Source of the DNA: a virus
Taxonomy: Duplodnaviria; Caudoviricetes
IMG/VR virus record: IMGVR_UViG_3300005077_000121
Coordinates: 1 to 35,559 of that record
Reading direction: 5' to 3' (one strand)
DNA length: 35,559 nucleotides
The notes under the pieces are model-generated. The model did not search any database, was not told the origin of the DNA, and worked only from the letters and a program-made list of their open reading frames with translations. This document shows, one piece after another, positions 9,701 through 17,004 of this stretch; the first letter of the stretch is position 1; each line of letters opens with the position of its first letter. The position numbers and the translations under genes were made by a program.

Positions 9701-9785
9701 ACGTCACCTTCTCGTCTCCACGTGCTCCGTCAACCTTGAAGAGCGCTGTTAGCCCCAACAAGTATTTCCGCTCCTTCTTCGTCAT
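6759..9785 (-). CDS. terL: Terminase large subunit precursor with two inteins (about 470 aa after splicing if the start is 9785)
   Basis: Splicing restores Walker A STQYGK|S and GQG|SEIVIGDE (Walker B). RNase H-like nuclease motifs LGGDIGGGGD, IDDIGIG, SPDFAEA. Lies between TerS and portal. Start uncertain (9785-9905). Confidence 0.93.
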   Translation of the reverse strand: MTKKERKYLLGLTALFKVDGARGDEKVTYGQLHIFGAIVLRKHNRVEIICSTQYGKLIADDEPVWTTLGWKRHGDLRVGDFVFNEKGDAVRVEAIMPKGFANREIEFTNGERVKVHENHEWVLHKRGTKGYRTYETKKIEQYKNYSDFTLPITSPIKGENVVLPLDPYTLGVWLGDGVSSKPVITINPKDDIILDSIPYKKSTTHIHKQTGVASHAFYKTDFLNALDKLSLLGNKHIPEMYLHASVEQRKELLAGLIDTDGSVNKKDRENGWRNGRVYFINTNKRLVDDVCTLLHTLGVRTSVTAVEPSESNSGIKGRKTTYYVGFAPYIDIPTRLPRKKITKLERKRGICVKSIREISPVQGNCIQVEGGIYLVGKKMIPTHNSLWVALAALILTCIFGKVVVIVAPSSDKAKIIMRYYIEHLSDSPLFYTKLEKNSRLEKLRMEENKERIMLNNGGGIFVISTDERNSKKSLEAAMGQGCFLYGEKLMTEYGEISIGEFVEKKIDTRVATYNEQTKKIEYKKVLAWQKNERGERGIVKIHTKDGRSFSCTDDHPIFVFGSGWIRADALNGTCVGLSLEGRNRNIAISSGIQKDIEKGSKIERWKSMQNLREWWKITYTSHRLRQIEQSDEQSGITMRTLPRKDGAQQRNVEEVLFRDVEFINDSHTRYVYNIEVEGNHNYFISGVLVHNSEIVIGDEFCLVGDTSESTVYRMIAGKGPNASYIKIGNPFYSAPPNSHFFKTWLQPEKYHRIFIDYKRALKEGRYTEEFINEARNKPLFDILYESLFPDMSVMDARGYRLLVLPDQIKFGMTPELLKTLIEKHREENGGSMKIRPKLGGDIGGGGDWNVFVVRWGKFASVVRQNKSNDTMVNVTEIEEIMAEYGILPEDVNIDDIGIGRGVSDRLKEKGYAIHAVNVGEPAIFSPDDFANLKAELCWEARKWVMQDDTRLDKRDEWVQLTWLKYKTISDRKIQMEPKPDLKARTGTSPDFAEAFYLTFAEKPFFGFV
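7713..8342 (-). mobile_element. TerL intein 2 (class 1, 210 aa) with no in-frame endonuclease
   Basis: Starts CFLYGEKL, block B CTDDHPIF, ends YVYNIEVEGNHNYFISGVLVHN|S; inserted just before Walker B. Confidence 0.93.
7796..8074 (-). CDS. HNH endonuclease nested in the +1 frame of intein 2
   Basis: 92 aa: WRGG..PYPPEF..LKKEVKLRDGNRCRICG..LHIHHIDYDKSNSRMNNLVSLCEHCHGKT. Has both CxxC zinc pairs and the H-N-H residues. Confidence 0.88.
   Translation of the reverse strand: MALALGLVWRGGIGTLPYPPEFRKTLKKEVKLRDGNRCRICGNGGKLHIHHIDYDKSNSRMNNLVSLCEHCHGKTGHNREMWKKFFSEMLNS
8634..9617 (-). mobile_element. TerL intein 1 (class 3, 328 aa) with LAGLIDADG homing endonuclease
   Basis: Inserted in the P-loop GK|S; begins LIADDEPVWT (no C/S at position 1). 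WCT triplet: HENHEW, GNCIQV, IPTHN. Endonuclease motifs YTLGVWLGDG and LLAGLIDTDG. Visibly more AT-rich than the exteins. Confidence 0.92.
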
Positions 9786-10470
9786 TTTCGGAAGAGGAGG
9801 ACACATGTTGATGCCCGTTCTCTCCGGCATGAGCATCTCCGAGTTTATCGTTGCCAGTGTGTTCTTGTGTGTGTTCGTCTTCGTCATAGTATTCGTCATC
9901 GTCATCTTTTATTTCTACACCAACGACCGCTTCATGCAATCTGCGTATGTCATCGGTCACCTTGTCGTACAGCTCGCGCCCATTCGCCCCTGTCATCTCT
10001 ACTCTTGGATTATACCCCTCGTCTTTTCGTTTTAGGCGAAGGTATGTGAGTGCGGCTTCTCCGCTCTCGACTTGTGTCGCAAACTTCTTTTTTGCGATAA
10101 GTCCGAGGTTTTGCCTACATCTATATTTTATTGTGTAAAGTTCAGGGTGCAATTCTTGGAAGTATTTGAGCTGTTCTGACGAAATCCCTGCATAAAAACA
10201 TGCCTCGTCGTCGTTTGCATCGATTTTCCATGCGTCAATAAGCTTTTGCAACTTTACTTTTCCTGTTTCACCGCCCCACCAGCCATTCTCTGTCGCCAGA
10301 ACGTCAAATTCGCCCACCTGTGGCTCTCTAAATCTATACGAGAACGATATTCCCGTTGACTTCGTTATTCGTCTATTCTCCGCCTTTGGTGCGCTCCTAC
10401 GCCCCTTTACACGCCTGTTTCCTGGGCGTGTCTCTATCTTCTCTATCGTTGTATCGTTTGTCTCCTTCAT
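9730..10470 (-). CDS. terS: Probable terminase small subunit
   Basis: HTH-like EACFYAGIS, then YLRLKRKDEGYNPRVEMTGANG and an acidic tail; directly upstream of and overlapping terL. Confidence 0.75.
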   Translation of the reverse strand: MKETNDTTIEKIETRPGNRRVKGRRSAPKAENRRITKSTGISFSYRFREPQVGEFDVLATENGWWGGETGKVKLQKLIDAWKIDANDDEACFYAGISSEQLKYFQELHPELYTIKYRCRQNLGLIAKKKFATQVESGEAALTYLRLKRKDEGYNPRVEMTGANGRELYDKVTDDIRRLHEAVVGVEIKDDDDEYYDEDEHTQEHTGNDKLGDAHAGENGHQHVSSSSENDEEGAEILVGANSALQG

Positions 10471-10611
10471 ACATGATTTGCGCTTCCTGTGGATTGGGAG
10501 ATTCGGGAGGACTTACACCTCTCGGAACGGTCGGGAGCTACCCTCACGTCATTTATGTACCTTGCAGTTTGAGGTAATCTCCCTTGCAGGTTCCCCCTTG
10601 CTTTTTAAGCC

Positions 10612-11350
10612 CTACGATTCCAACGAAGAGATATCATCATCGCCGGATTCGCTCTCCCTCTCCACAGGAGGTACAAAGTTTTCAGAAACATGCCACGTAT
10701 CTACATTGCCATTCTTTTGGACAGGAACCTTACCGGCAGTATAGTCTACGAACCTTTGCACAATCACGTCGGCAAAGGTCGGGTCGAATTCCACGCCGTA
10801 GTATGTTCGTTCCGTTTTCTCCGCCGCGATGAGGGTCGAGCCTGAGCCACTGAATGGATCCAGCACGATGTCGCCAGCCTTGGAGCTGTTCACGATTGCG
10901 TAGGTAATAAGCTCTACCGGCTTTTGCGTCGGATGCACGTACTCGGAGACCTTGTCGCGCTTCATCGTCCACACCGTTGCGAGTCCCATCACTTCGAGCC
11001 GTTAGGGAGAGGTCTTTGAGTTCCGCTACTACCAAGTCCATATCCCAGTCGGATTCTGCAAGTTTATTGTCAGCGAGGCGGTATGCCTTGATTGCTTCCT
11101 CGGAGAGGTGCTCTGCTCGAATGCACGGCATAGCTTCCAGTTCCAGCTCCATTGCGGCCATGTGCCTTCCGTGGCCGGCGATGAGTTCTCCGTCTTGCGT
11201 AATCACACCCGGCACCAGAAAGCCGAACGCATTTATACTCTCGGCGATCGCTTGCACCTGTTTCTTTGGGTGCTTCTTGGCGTTTTTCTCGTAGTGTTTT
11301 ATGTCCGAGAGCTTCACCATTTCTATTTTGATTTCAGTTTGGATTTGCAT
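10612..11350 (-). pseudogene. ParB-like N-terminal domain plus N4/N6 DNA methyltransferase, internally deleted and frameshifted near 10995
   Basis: One frame gives YEKNAKKHP..IAGHGR..YRLADNKL; another gives HPTQKPVEL..VLDPFSGSGSTLIAAEKTER. No DPPY-type catalytic segment lies between them. Confidence 0.75.
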
Positions 11351-11357
11351 ATACGAT

Positions 11358-11543
11358 TTATTTCTTACCCTCTGTCGCCGCCCAGATAAGAGAGGCGAAC
11401 CATCCGACGAGTGTCCATCCCGTGACAAGGTTGAGGATTGCTATCGCTCCGGTATTCTTTCTGTCCTTCATCATTGCAACAGATGTCGGGAACATGTACA
11501 TCAGCGTACACACGGCCAACAATACTCCAAATACCTTTTTCAT
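11358..11543 (-). CDS. imm: Superinfection immunity protein (T4 Imm family)
   Basis: YMFPTSVA..RKNTGAIAILNLVTGWTLVGWFASLIWA. Confidence 0.88.
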   Translation of the reverse strand: MKKVFGVLLAVCTLMYMFPTSVAMMKDRKNTGAIAILNLVTGWTLVGWFASLIWAATEGKK

Positions 11544-11989
11544 GATGTATGTCGTGAGAAAAAACGAGCAATGCGCGATCGTGTATACGGACGTTCTCCG
11601 CGTTCCTCGAGAATAAGATTTACCACTCCTTCGGTCATTCGCAAATAATCTGCGATAGTCATCTTCGTATAATCGATACCAAGTTCGGTGATGCAGAATT
11701 TCTTGAGTTCTTCAGCCGCTTGCGACTGCTCTTCGTACGCAGCAAACACCTGCGGATGTTTCTCCGTAAGTATTTCCCCAGCCTGACTTCCTTCCCCGAG
11801 ATAGAACACTTCCTCCCAGAGTATCTTTTCCGTCACAGTCACTTCTTTCCCGTCTCGCGAGAATGAATGCTCGCGCAATCCGAATCTGTCTTGCGCGGTA
11901 CGCAAAAGTTCAGACGCCTTTTCCTCGGCATCGGTAACTTTTGCGACTCGTTTTTCGAGTTCTTTGAAACTGTTTCGCTGTATCTTCAT
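11540..11989 (-). CDS. Hypothetical protein
   Basis: Helical ORF of about 150 aa; TATACT lies 8 nt before ATG 11989. Confidence 0.6.
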   Translation of the reverse strand: MKIQRNSFKELEKRVAKVTDAEEKASELLRTAQDRFGLREHSFSRDGKEVTVTEKILWEEVFYLGEGSQAGEILTEKHPQVFAAYEEQSQAAEELKKFCITELGIDYTKMTIADYLRMTEGVVNLILEERGERPYTRSRIARFFSRHTS

Positions 11990-12028
11990 ATGCATATAGT
12001 ATATTACAATTTCGTATAAAGTGGAATG

Positions 12029-12238
12029 CTATCGACGCCACACAATGCGGTTCGATGCCGTTCCTCCGGATGGATCGCGAATGACCTCGACACGGTCGCC
12101 GACGATGATGTTTATATTTCGATAGCGCATCTTTCCGGAAAGATAGCACACTATCTCGTCACCTGCGTCCATGACGACACGGAAGCGCGACGCTCCAAGT
12201 GTTTCCATGACTGTACCCAATTCGTTATGAGTGTTCAT
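12029..12238 (-). CDS. infA: Translation initiation factor IF-1 homologue
   Basis: GTVMETLGASRFRVVMDAGDEIVCYLSGKMRYRNINIIVGDRVEV..RIVWR matches the IF-1 consensus. Confidence 0.92.
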   Translation of the reverse strand: MNTHNELGTVMETLGASRFRVVMDAGDEIVCYLSGKMRYRNINIIVGDRVEVIRDPSGGTASNRIVWRR

Positions 12239-13884
12239 AATGGCTTTGGCTCGCTTTTATAGCGGCTGATTGATCCGTCAGGCATAACTTCGACGGTCTG
12301 CCCGTTTTCGTACACAACACGGTTTGCTCCATGCTTTTTGAACATTCTTTTCAGGAACTCGTCTCGCGTACGAAACTCCTTGTAATGTGCATCCCTCTCG
12401 ACGGGAGGATGACCTATGACAACGTCCGGCGTATACAGTATCTTCCAGTGCGACACCTTCATCCTGAGATAGAAATCCGTATGCTCTGTCACTTTCAGAG
12501 CAGGGTCCCAGAGCATTGTATTGAACAGTTCCCTCCGCATGAGCGCAAAATTCAGCACGCATCCCGTTTTTCTGTATGTGACACCCATGTGTGTTTTCCA
12601 TATCTTTTTTTCAGTTCTGTGGTATATGGTTCCTTGTATAACCTCGGGAGTGAACTCGAAATGCACATCATGTCCGAGTTGCTCGACGCGTCCTCCCACT
12701 ATGCCTATATTTCTGTCAGTTTCGAAGAGCGACACCATCTTCCCGATATCCGTCCCGGGTCCGAATTCCATGTCATCATCGAGTATAAGTTTATATTTAT
12801 TCGGTGTCGTGGTAACAAGATGATTGCGCGCATACGAGAGTCCGCAATCGTACGGAAGCCGTTCTATGGATACACGTTTTACAAGTCCGGCATCATACAA
12901 TTCTCCGCGTAATGTTTTGTAGAATTCACGGTCGAATTCCTTGCTCTGGTCGGCTACGTATACGTTTGCGTGCGGGTAATATCTTGCTATCGACAAAAGC
13001 AATCTCCTCACCGCCTGCGGTCGCTCGAATGTCGTGATGCAAAAATCTACATATTTTACATCGTTTTTCTTCTTCACCGATACATGGTTCGGAGCATAGT
13101 CCTTCGTGCCATGCATATCGATTACATAATCGAGATTATGGCGCGTGAAGAATCTCTCTTTATCGGTTCTCCTCATGCGATATGCGGCATATGTCGGCGC
13201 AATGTCTGATTTCTCGACAATGTTTCGAATGTGTGCCGGCTTATGTATCACGATTGGATCGGGAGAGAAGTATACGTTGCGGTTTGCTTCTTGCAGATCT
13301 ATGAACCAGCTCTCATGCTCATATGCGACCTTTATCTCTTCGTCCCACGGTATATCCTTTATTTTGTCAACGCGCGCAACGAAGAAATTGAACGTCAGAT
13401 CTGTTTTTATAAACCGCAGTCCGGATTGCCTGTCATATTGGTAATCGGCAGTCTCGAGATTTATAGGATGGGTTATGATATGTCTCGGAAAGCGTTCAAT
13501 CTTTCCTTGGTAATTTCTCACAACTCCATCCTGTATGACGCGCCCGCCAATGAGGTCTATTTCAGGATGTCCAGAGATGAGAGCAACCATCTTGTCGACT
13601 CCTGTGGTTTCTTCAAAGAAGAAGTCATCGTCTCCGACGAGGACATATTCTGTTTCGACATGTTGCATGAGCGTGTTGCGGCCGATACAAACACCTGAAT
13701 CGAACGGCAACTCGATATACCTTGCTTGATGCGTTCGACACACCTGCGCTAACTCGTTGTTATATTCTCCGTTCTCTCCGACAATGATTTGAATGTCGGG
13801 ATATGTTTTTTTGAGCGACTCGATACACGCGATGGTATACGCGGGTCGTAAAAAACTAATGATGATGGCAGTCACGTCGTTCAT
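12235..13884 (-). CDS. Tandem two-domain GT2 (GT-A) glycosyltransferase
   Basis: Two repeats of T/SFxRP...LP(F/Y)DxG..RN.L....T.Y.L..DDD...EHxxF/W. Confidence 0.88.
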   Translation of the reverse strand: MNDVTAIIISFLRPAYTIACIESLKKTYPDIQIIVGENGEYNNELAQVCRTHQARYIELPFDSGVCIGRNTLMQHVETEYVLVGDDDFFFEETTGVDKMVALISGHPEIDLIGGRVIQDGVVRNYQGKIERFPRHIITHPINLETADYQYDRQSGLRFIKTDLTFNFFVARVDKIKDIPWDEEIKVAYEHESWFIDLQEANRNVYFSPDPIVIHKPAHIRNIVEKSDIAPTYAAYRMRRTDKERFFTRHNLDYVIDMHGTKDYAPNHVSVKKKNDVKYVDFCITTFERPQAVRRLLLSIARYYPHANVYVADQSKEFDREFYKTLRGELYDAGLVKRVSIERLPYDCGLSYARNHLVTTTPNKYKLILDDDMEFGPGTDIGKMVSLFETDRNIGIVGGRVEQLGHDVHFEFTPEVIQGTIYHRTEKKIWKTHMGVTYRKTGCVLNFALMRRELFNTMLWDPALKVTEHTDFYLRMKVSHWKILYTPDVVIGHPPVERDAHYKEFRTRDEFLKRMFKKHGANRVVYENGQTVEVMPDGSISRYKSEPKPL

Positions 13885-14330
13885 ATCTCGCGTGGATTAT
13901 CGCTTCGTAATTCGTTCCGAATCATCGTCGTCGACACACCGTTTGTGTACGGAATGAACACAATTTCAACACCTTTTTCCTCTATCACTTTTCGTCCCGG
14001 GAAGTCTTTCCAGTCGTCCCCGCGTACGTATACAATTTCGCTCGGAAGAATACCTTTTAGAACAAGGTCGTCGATATGTAATCCTACTCTATACCCGGGA
14101 TCTTCTTCCCAGACAATAATGACTTCATCCGCAAGACGCGATTGGAACAAATTGTCCCATCGATGGTCTTCTTTCTGTACAGGAAATCTTCCTTTGTTGT
14201 GGAATGTGCTCAAATCGTTATGGATGAACACTTTGACATCTTCAGCCATTTCACGCATGTTTTTGAGTAGATTGACATGCCCTTCGTGAAGGCAGTCGAA
14301 TACTCCTACTGTGATTGCTACTTTTTTCAT
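13881..14330 (-). CDS. TagD-like (glycerol-3-phosphate-type) cytidylyltransferase
   Basis: GVFDCLHEGHVNLL, YVRGDDWK, PYTNGVSTTMIR. Confidence 0.88.
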   Translation of the reverse strand: MKKVAITVGVFDCLHEGHVNLLKNMREMAEDVKVFIHNDLSTFHNKGRFPVQKEDHRWDNLFQSRLADEVIIVWEEDPGYRVGLHIDDLVLKGILPSEIVYVRGDDWKDFPGRKVIEEKGVEIVFIPYTNGVSTTMIRNELRSDNPREI

Positions 14331-14343
14331 ATGTTTCGTGAAA

Positions 14344-14907
14344 TTATGATAATGTTTTGCGTATATTACGCGGTCCATATGCCCAATCCCAATCCTTTAC
14401 AGGATCAATCCATCCGGCACCATATTTCAATTCGAGAACAGCTTTGGGATTCGATGGCGCAGGATAGAGTTCGTTTTGGAACATCATCGGGGATATGTTC
14501 TCTATAAGTTCAGCGGGGTATTCGTAGGTAATCACATCATCATTCATATTGCGTCCTCCGTTTTCGAATGCATGGAAGATTCGAAAATCTCCATCCTTTC
14601 GGTAGAAAAACAAATCGATTTTTATACCATTTCGGTGGTATGAAATCTCGAAGTGATTTTCCCAGTCTCCGAATTGATGTTTGATGACAATGTCTTTTTT
14701 TAAGAAAAGATGAGTGAGTTCGAACACATGCACCGGCGTCCATTCCTCGAACAAAACACCAACATCTATGTCGGTGTCGTGTGCTATGAAATCACCGTCT
14801 CTCACAGCACCGAGAAGCGTTCCATCGATGATGAAATGTGTTTTACCCATACCGACAAGCACTTCGTGCACGTTGTGAAGTATGTTCGATGCATGTGTGT
14901 GATTCAT
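14344..14907 (-). CDS. LicD/fukutin-family phosphotransferase
   Basis: DGTLLGAVRDGDFIAHDTDIDVG, KIDLFFY, APSNPKAVLELKYGAGW. Confidence 0.88.
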   Translation of the reverse strand: MNHTHASNILHNVHEVLVGMGKTHFIIDGTLLGAVRDGDFIAHDTDIDVGVLFEEWTPVHVFELTHLFLKKDIVIKHQFGDWENHFEISYHRNGIKIDLFFYRKDGDFRIFHAFENGGRNMNDDVITYEYPAELIENISPMMFQNELYPAPSNPKAVLELKYGAGWIDPVKDWDWAYGPRNIRKTLS

Positions 14908-14911
14908 GGTA

Positions 14912-15115
14912 TTACTGTATGATGCGAAGTACCTTTTTGAATACCTCTTTGTCTTCGGAGATACACTCAACGAGGGCGTCGAGTATCGATTGGCGTGGGA
15001 CCGTTCGCCTCAACTCACCCTCCATTGCAATACTCGCGCGCGCAAGCATTCTCGATTTTTCAGGATCGAGAGAATATGTTTTGCGCTTTTCTTTTATTTG
15101 TGTTTTTTGAACCAT
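14912..15115 (-). CDS. Small putative DNA-binding protein (ribbon-helix-helix-like)
   Basis: 67 aa, KRKTYSLD strand followed by two helices; has its own promoter. Confidence 0.5.
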   Translation of the reverse strand: MVQKTQIKEKRKTYSLDPEKSRMLARASIAMEGELRRTVPRQSILDALVECISEDKEVFKKVLRIIQ

Positions 15116-15121
15116 AGTGTG

Positions 15122-15164
15122 ATTATACTGTTTTCGTATTATCATGCAACTCGCCTGTGGATAA
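15122..15164 (-). promoter_or_regulatory. Sigma70 promoter with adjacent perfect DnaA box
   Basis: TTATCCACA (15164-15156), TTGCAT-16-TATAAT, then ATG 6 nt later. Confidence 0.65.
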
Positions 15165-15518
15165 TATCGTTATTTCAACATGTGGATATTCTTTATCTAT
15201 GTAGAATTCATCAGTGAACCCTGCAACATGTTTTCGCCCGTCATTCTCGAGGATCCCGGCTTGGACGAGTCCGTCATTCAGGAATTTTTTTGAGAATGAG
15301 GTGTTGTCGATATCTTTTCGTTTATCCTTGGAATACCATCGATAGATTATATGTACAGGATACTCCGTAATCGGACATATTCTTGCGATACGTGCTTCTC
15401 GCGCGACTCGTTCCGTCTCAGACTGTTTTATGTTATTGCCTCCCCACCTTGAGCTGTTGAGGGCTTTTATGTATGCATTGAGGTCACAGAGTTCTCCTTG
15501 TATCGTAAGTGTTACCAT
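15123..15518 (-). CDS. RusA-like Holliday junction resolvase
   Basis: KRKDIDN...KKFLNDGLVQAGILENDG; TGGTATAAT sits 6 nt before ATG 15518. Confidence 0.8.
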   Translation of the reverse strand: MVTLTIQGELCDLNAYIKALNSSRWGGNNIKQSETERVAREARIARICPITEYPVHIIYRWYSKDKRKDIDNTSFSKKFLNDGLVQAGILENDGRKHVAGFTDEFYIDKEYPHVEITILSTGELHDNTKTV

Positions 15519-15525
15519 TAGGATA

Positions 15526-16074
15526 TTATACCATGTGATTCTGTATCGGCATCTCATAATCGTACATTCCTTTTTCATTCAGGAGCGATATGAGGTCCGG
15601 GAAGTCATACACCTTTCCGCGTATCTCATCGATGATTTCTCCGCTTATTTGGTCGAGAGTAATTTGAAGCGGTATGTCGCGCTCACCTCTGAAGAACTGC
15701 TTTGCCCTGGCCATGTTTATACCATACAACGCTTTCTCACTCTTTCCGTCGTTCTTCGGTTTGTATACGATTCCTCCGAAGCGGACAAGGTCACCGAAGC
15801 GCGCATACTCGTTTTTCCCGAGCAGATGTTTTACATCTTTCATCTCGAACTCATGCCTTCGTTCTTGACCGCACCAACAGTATATGCGGTAGAGCGCGTT
15901 GATGAGTTCACGGTACAACGCAACCTTTCGGTCTTTTATATTTGCGTTGCAGTACGGGCAACGGCCGATATCGTTCCGGTGCTCGTGGATCATCCTTTTT
16001 TCCATGATGTACCGTTCACTTCCTCTCATCCGTTCCTTGTATTTGTCGAGTGTCATTGTCAGATTTTCGTCCAT
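15526..16074 (-). CDS. Hypothetical protein with a CPYC motif
   Basis: 182-aa ORF in the replication region. Confidence 0.6.
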   Translation of the reverse strand: MDENLTMTLDKYKERMRGSERYIMEKRMIHEHRNDIGRCPYCNANIKDRKVALYRELINALYRIYCWCGQERRHEFEMKDVKHLLGKNEYARFGDLVRFGGIVYKPKNDGKSEKALYGINMARAKQFFRGERDIPLQITLDQISGEIIDEIRGKVYDFPDLISLLNEKGMYDYEMPIQNHMV

Positions 16075-16402
16075 ATGTCTTTAGAAGATAATTGAATAAT
16101 GCCTGTTTGTTTGCACCGTTTTTTGCCTTCTGCATCAGTGCATATATCTCGTTTGTGGACAGTTTCTTCGTTCTTCCGAGCCAGTATTTCATCCGCATAC
16201 TTATCCGTTTTGCTTTCGCTTTCTTTCCCTCTCCGGCTGTATTCCGTTCGAGTACGTATTCTTCGTCGAGCGTCTTATCTTCGCCCATGAACACCAGCAA
16301 TTGGAAGACAATTTCGGAGCGCTCGCTCGTCGATCCTCCTTTCTTTTTTATCCCCATATTCATCCCACTATACATCCCCATGTCGTCGGCAATGTGCTTC
16401 AT
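16016..16402 (-). CDS. Hypothetical basic protein next to the putative origin
   Basis: 128-aa ORF; no recognisable family. Confidence 0.55.
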   Translation of the reverse strand: MKHIADDMGMYSGMNMGIKKKGGSTSERSEIVFQLLVFMGEDKTLDEEYVLERNTAGEGKKAKAKRISMRMKYWLGRTKKLSTNEIYALMQKAKNGANKQALFNYLLKTYGRKSDNDTRQIQGTDERK

Positions 16403-16404
16403 GC

Positions 16405-16671
16405 TAATAGTTACTGTAGTTATTAATAAACGTAGTTATTATTATTACTATGTCTGTGTATATCCTTTGGATAAGTCTATTAAATCGTTTATCGACTTCA
16501 TTTTTTCGATGCGTCAGTATGTGAATAACCTGTTCATATCCCTGTAGATAACCTGTGGTATCACTCTCTTGACATTCGTTCGTTTTATTTTTCTTTGTTT
16601 CATAATCCACTCACTTTCCACAGGTTCTCCACATGCATGTATCCACATACATATACACAATTCTATCCACA
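16405..16671. other. Putative oriC-like replication origin
   Basis: About 10 perfect or near-perfect DnaA boxes in two oppositely oriented phased groups, plus an AT-rich TAG-TAA-TAA-TAA-TAA tract next to a tandem box pair. Confidence 0.72.
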
Positions 16672-16672
16672 T

Positions 16673-17002
16673 TCAGAACTTCCAGTTTTCGACCGTTTTC
16701 ACACCTCCGATTCTATCTTCGAATATCTCCGGATGCGCGTTTTCGAGCGATTCGAATATCTTCTTTCCAACATCGTCCTTACGCATCTTTTGCACTCCGG
16801 ACATTACCGTCGTATGGTCACGTCCGTACAATTTACCGAGGAATGAATAGCTTTTGTCCAGGTGTTCGTGGCATATGTACCACACGGCCATACGCGGCTC
16901 CGTATACTTCCTGTGTTTCATCCTTCCGCGCAATTCGTCTATGGTGATATTCGCAGCGTGCATTATCGCATTCTCTACAAGTGTAATTCGTGGATGTTCC
17001 AT
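16673..17002 (-). CDS. Stand-alone DnaA C-terminal (domain IV) HTH protein
   Basis: ITIDELRGRMKHRKYTEPRMAVWYICHEHLDKSYSFLGKLYGRDHTTVMSGVQKM contains the DnaA signature RDHTTV. Confidence 0.88.
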   Translation of the reverse strand: MEHPRITLVENAIMHAANITIDELRGRMKHRKYTEPRMAVWYICHEHLDKSYSFLGKLYGRDHTTVMSGVQKMRKDDVGKKIFESLENAHPEIFEDRIGGVKTVENWKF

Positions 17003-17004
17003 AT

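Noticed and set aside
9786-9905. Met/Thr-rich N-terminus MTMTNTMTKT of the 1048-aa TerL ORF
   Set aside because: This is the shifted reading of the Asp/Glu-rich TerS tail (GAT GAC read as ATG ACG); the real start is probably near 9785.
16404-16610. 68-aa ORF across the DnaA-box cluster
   Set aside because: Low-complexity translation of boxes and TAA repeats; better explained as origin DNA, though not excluded.
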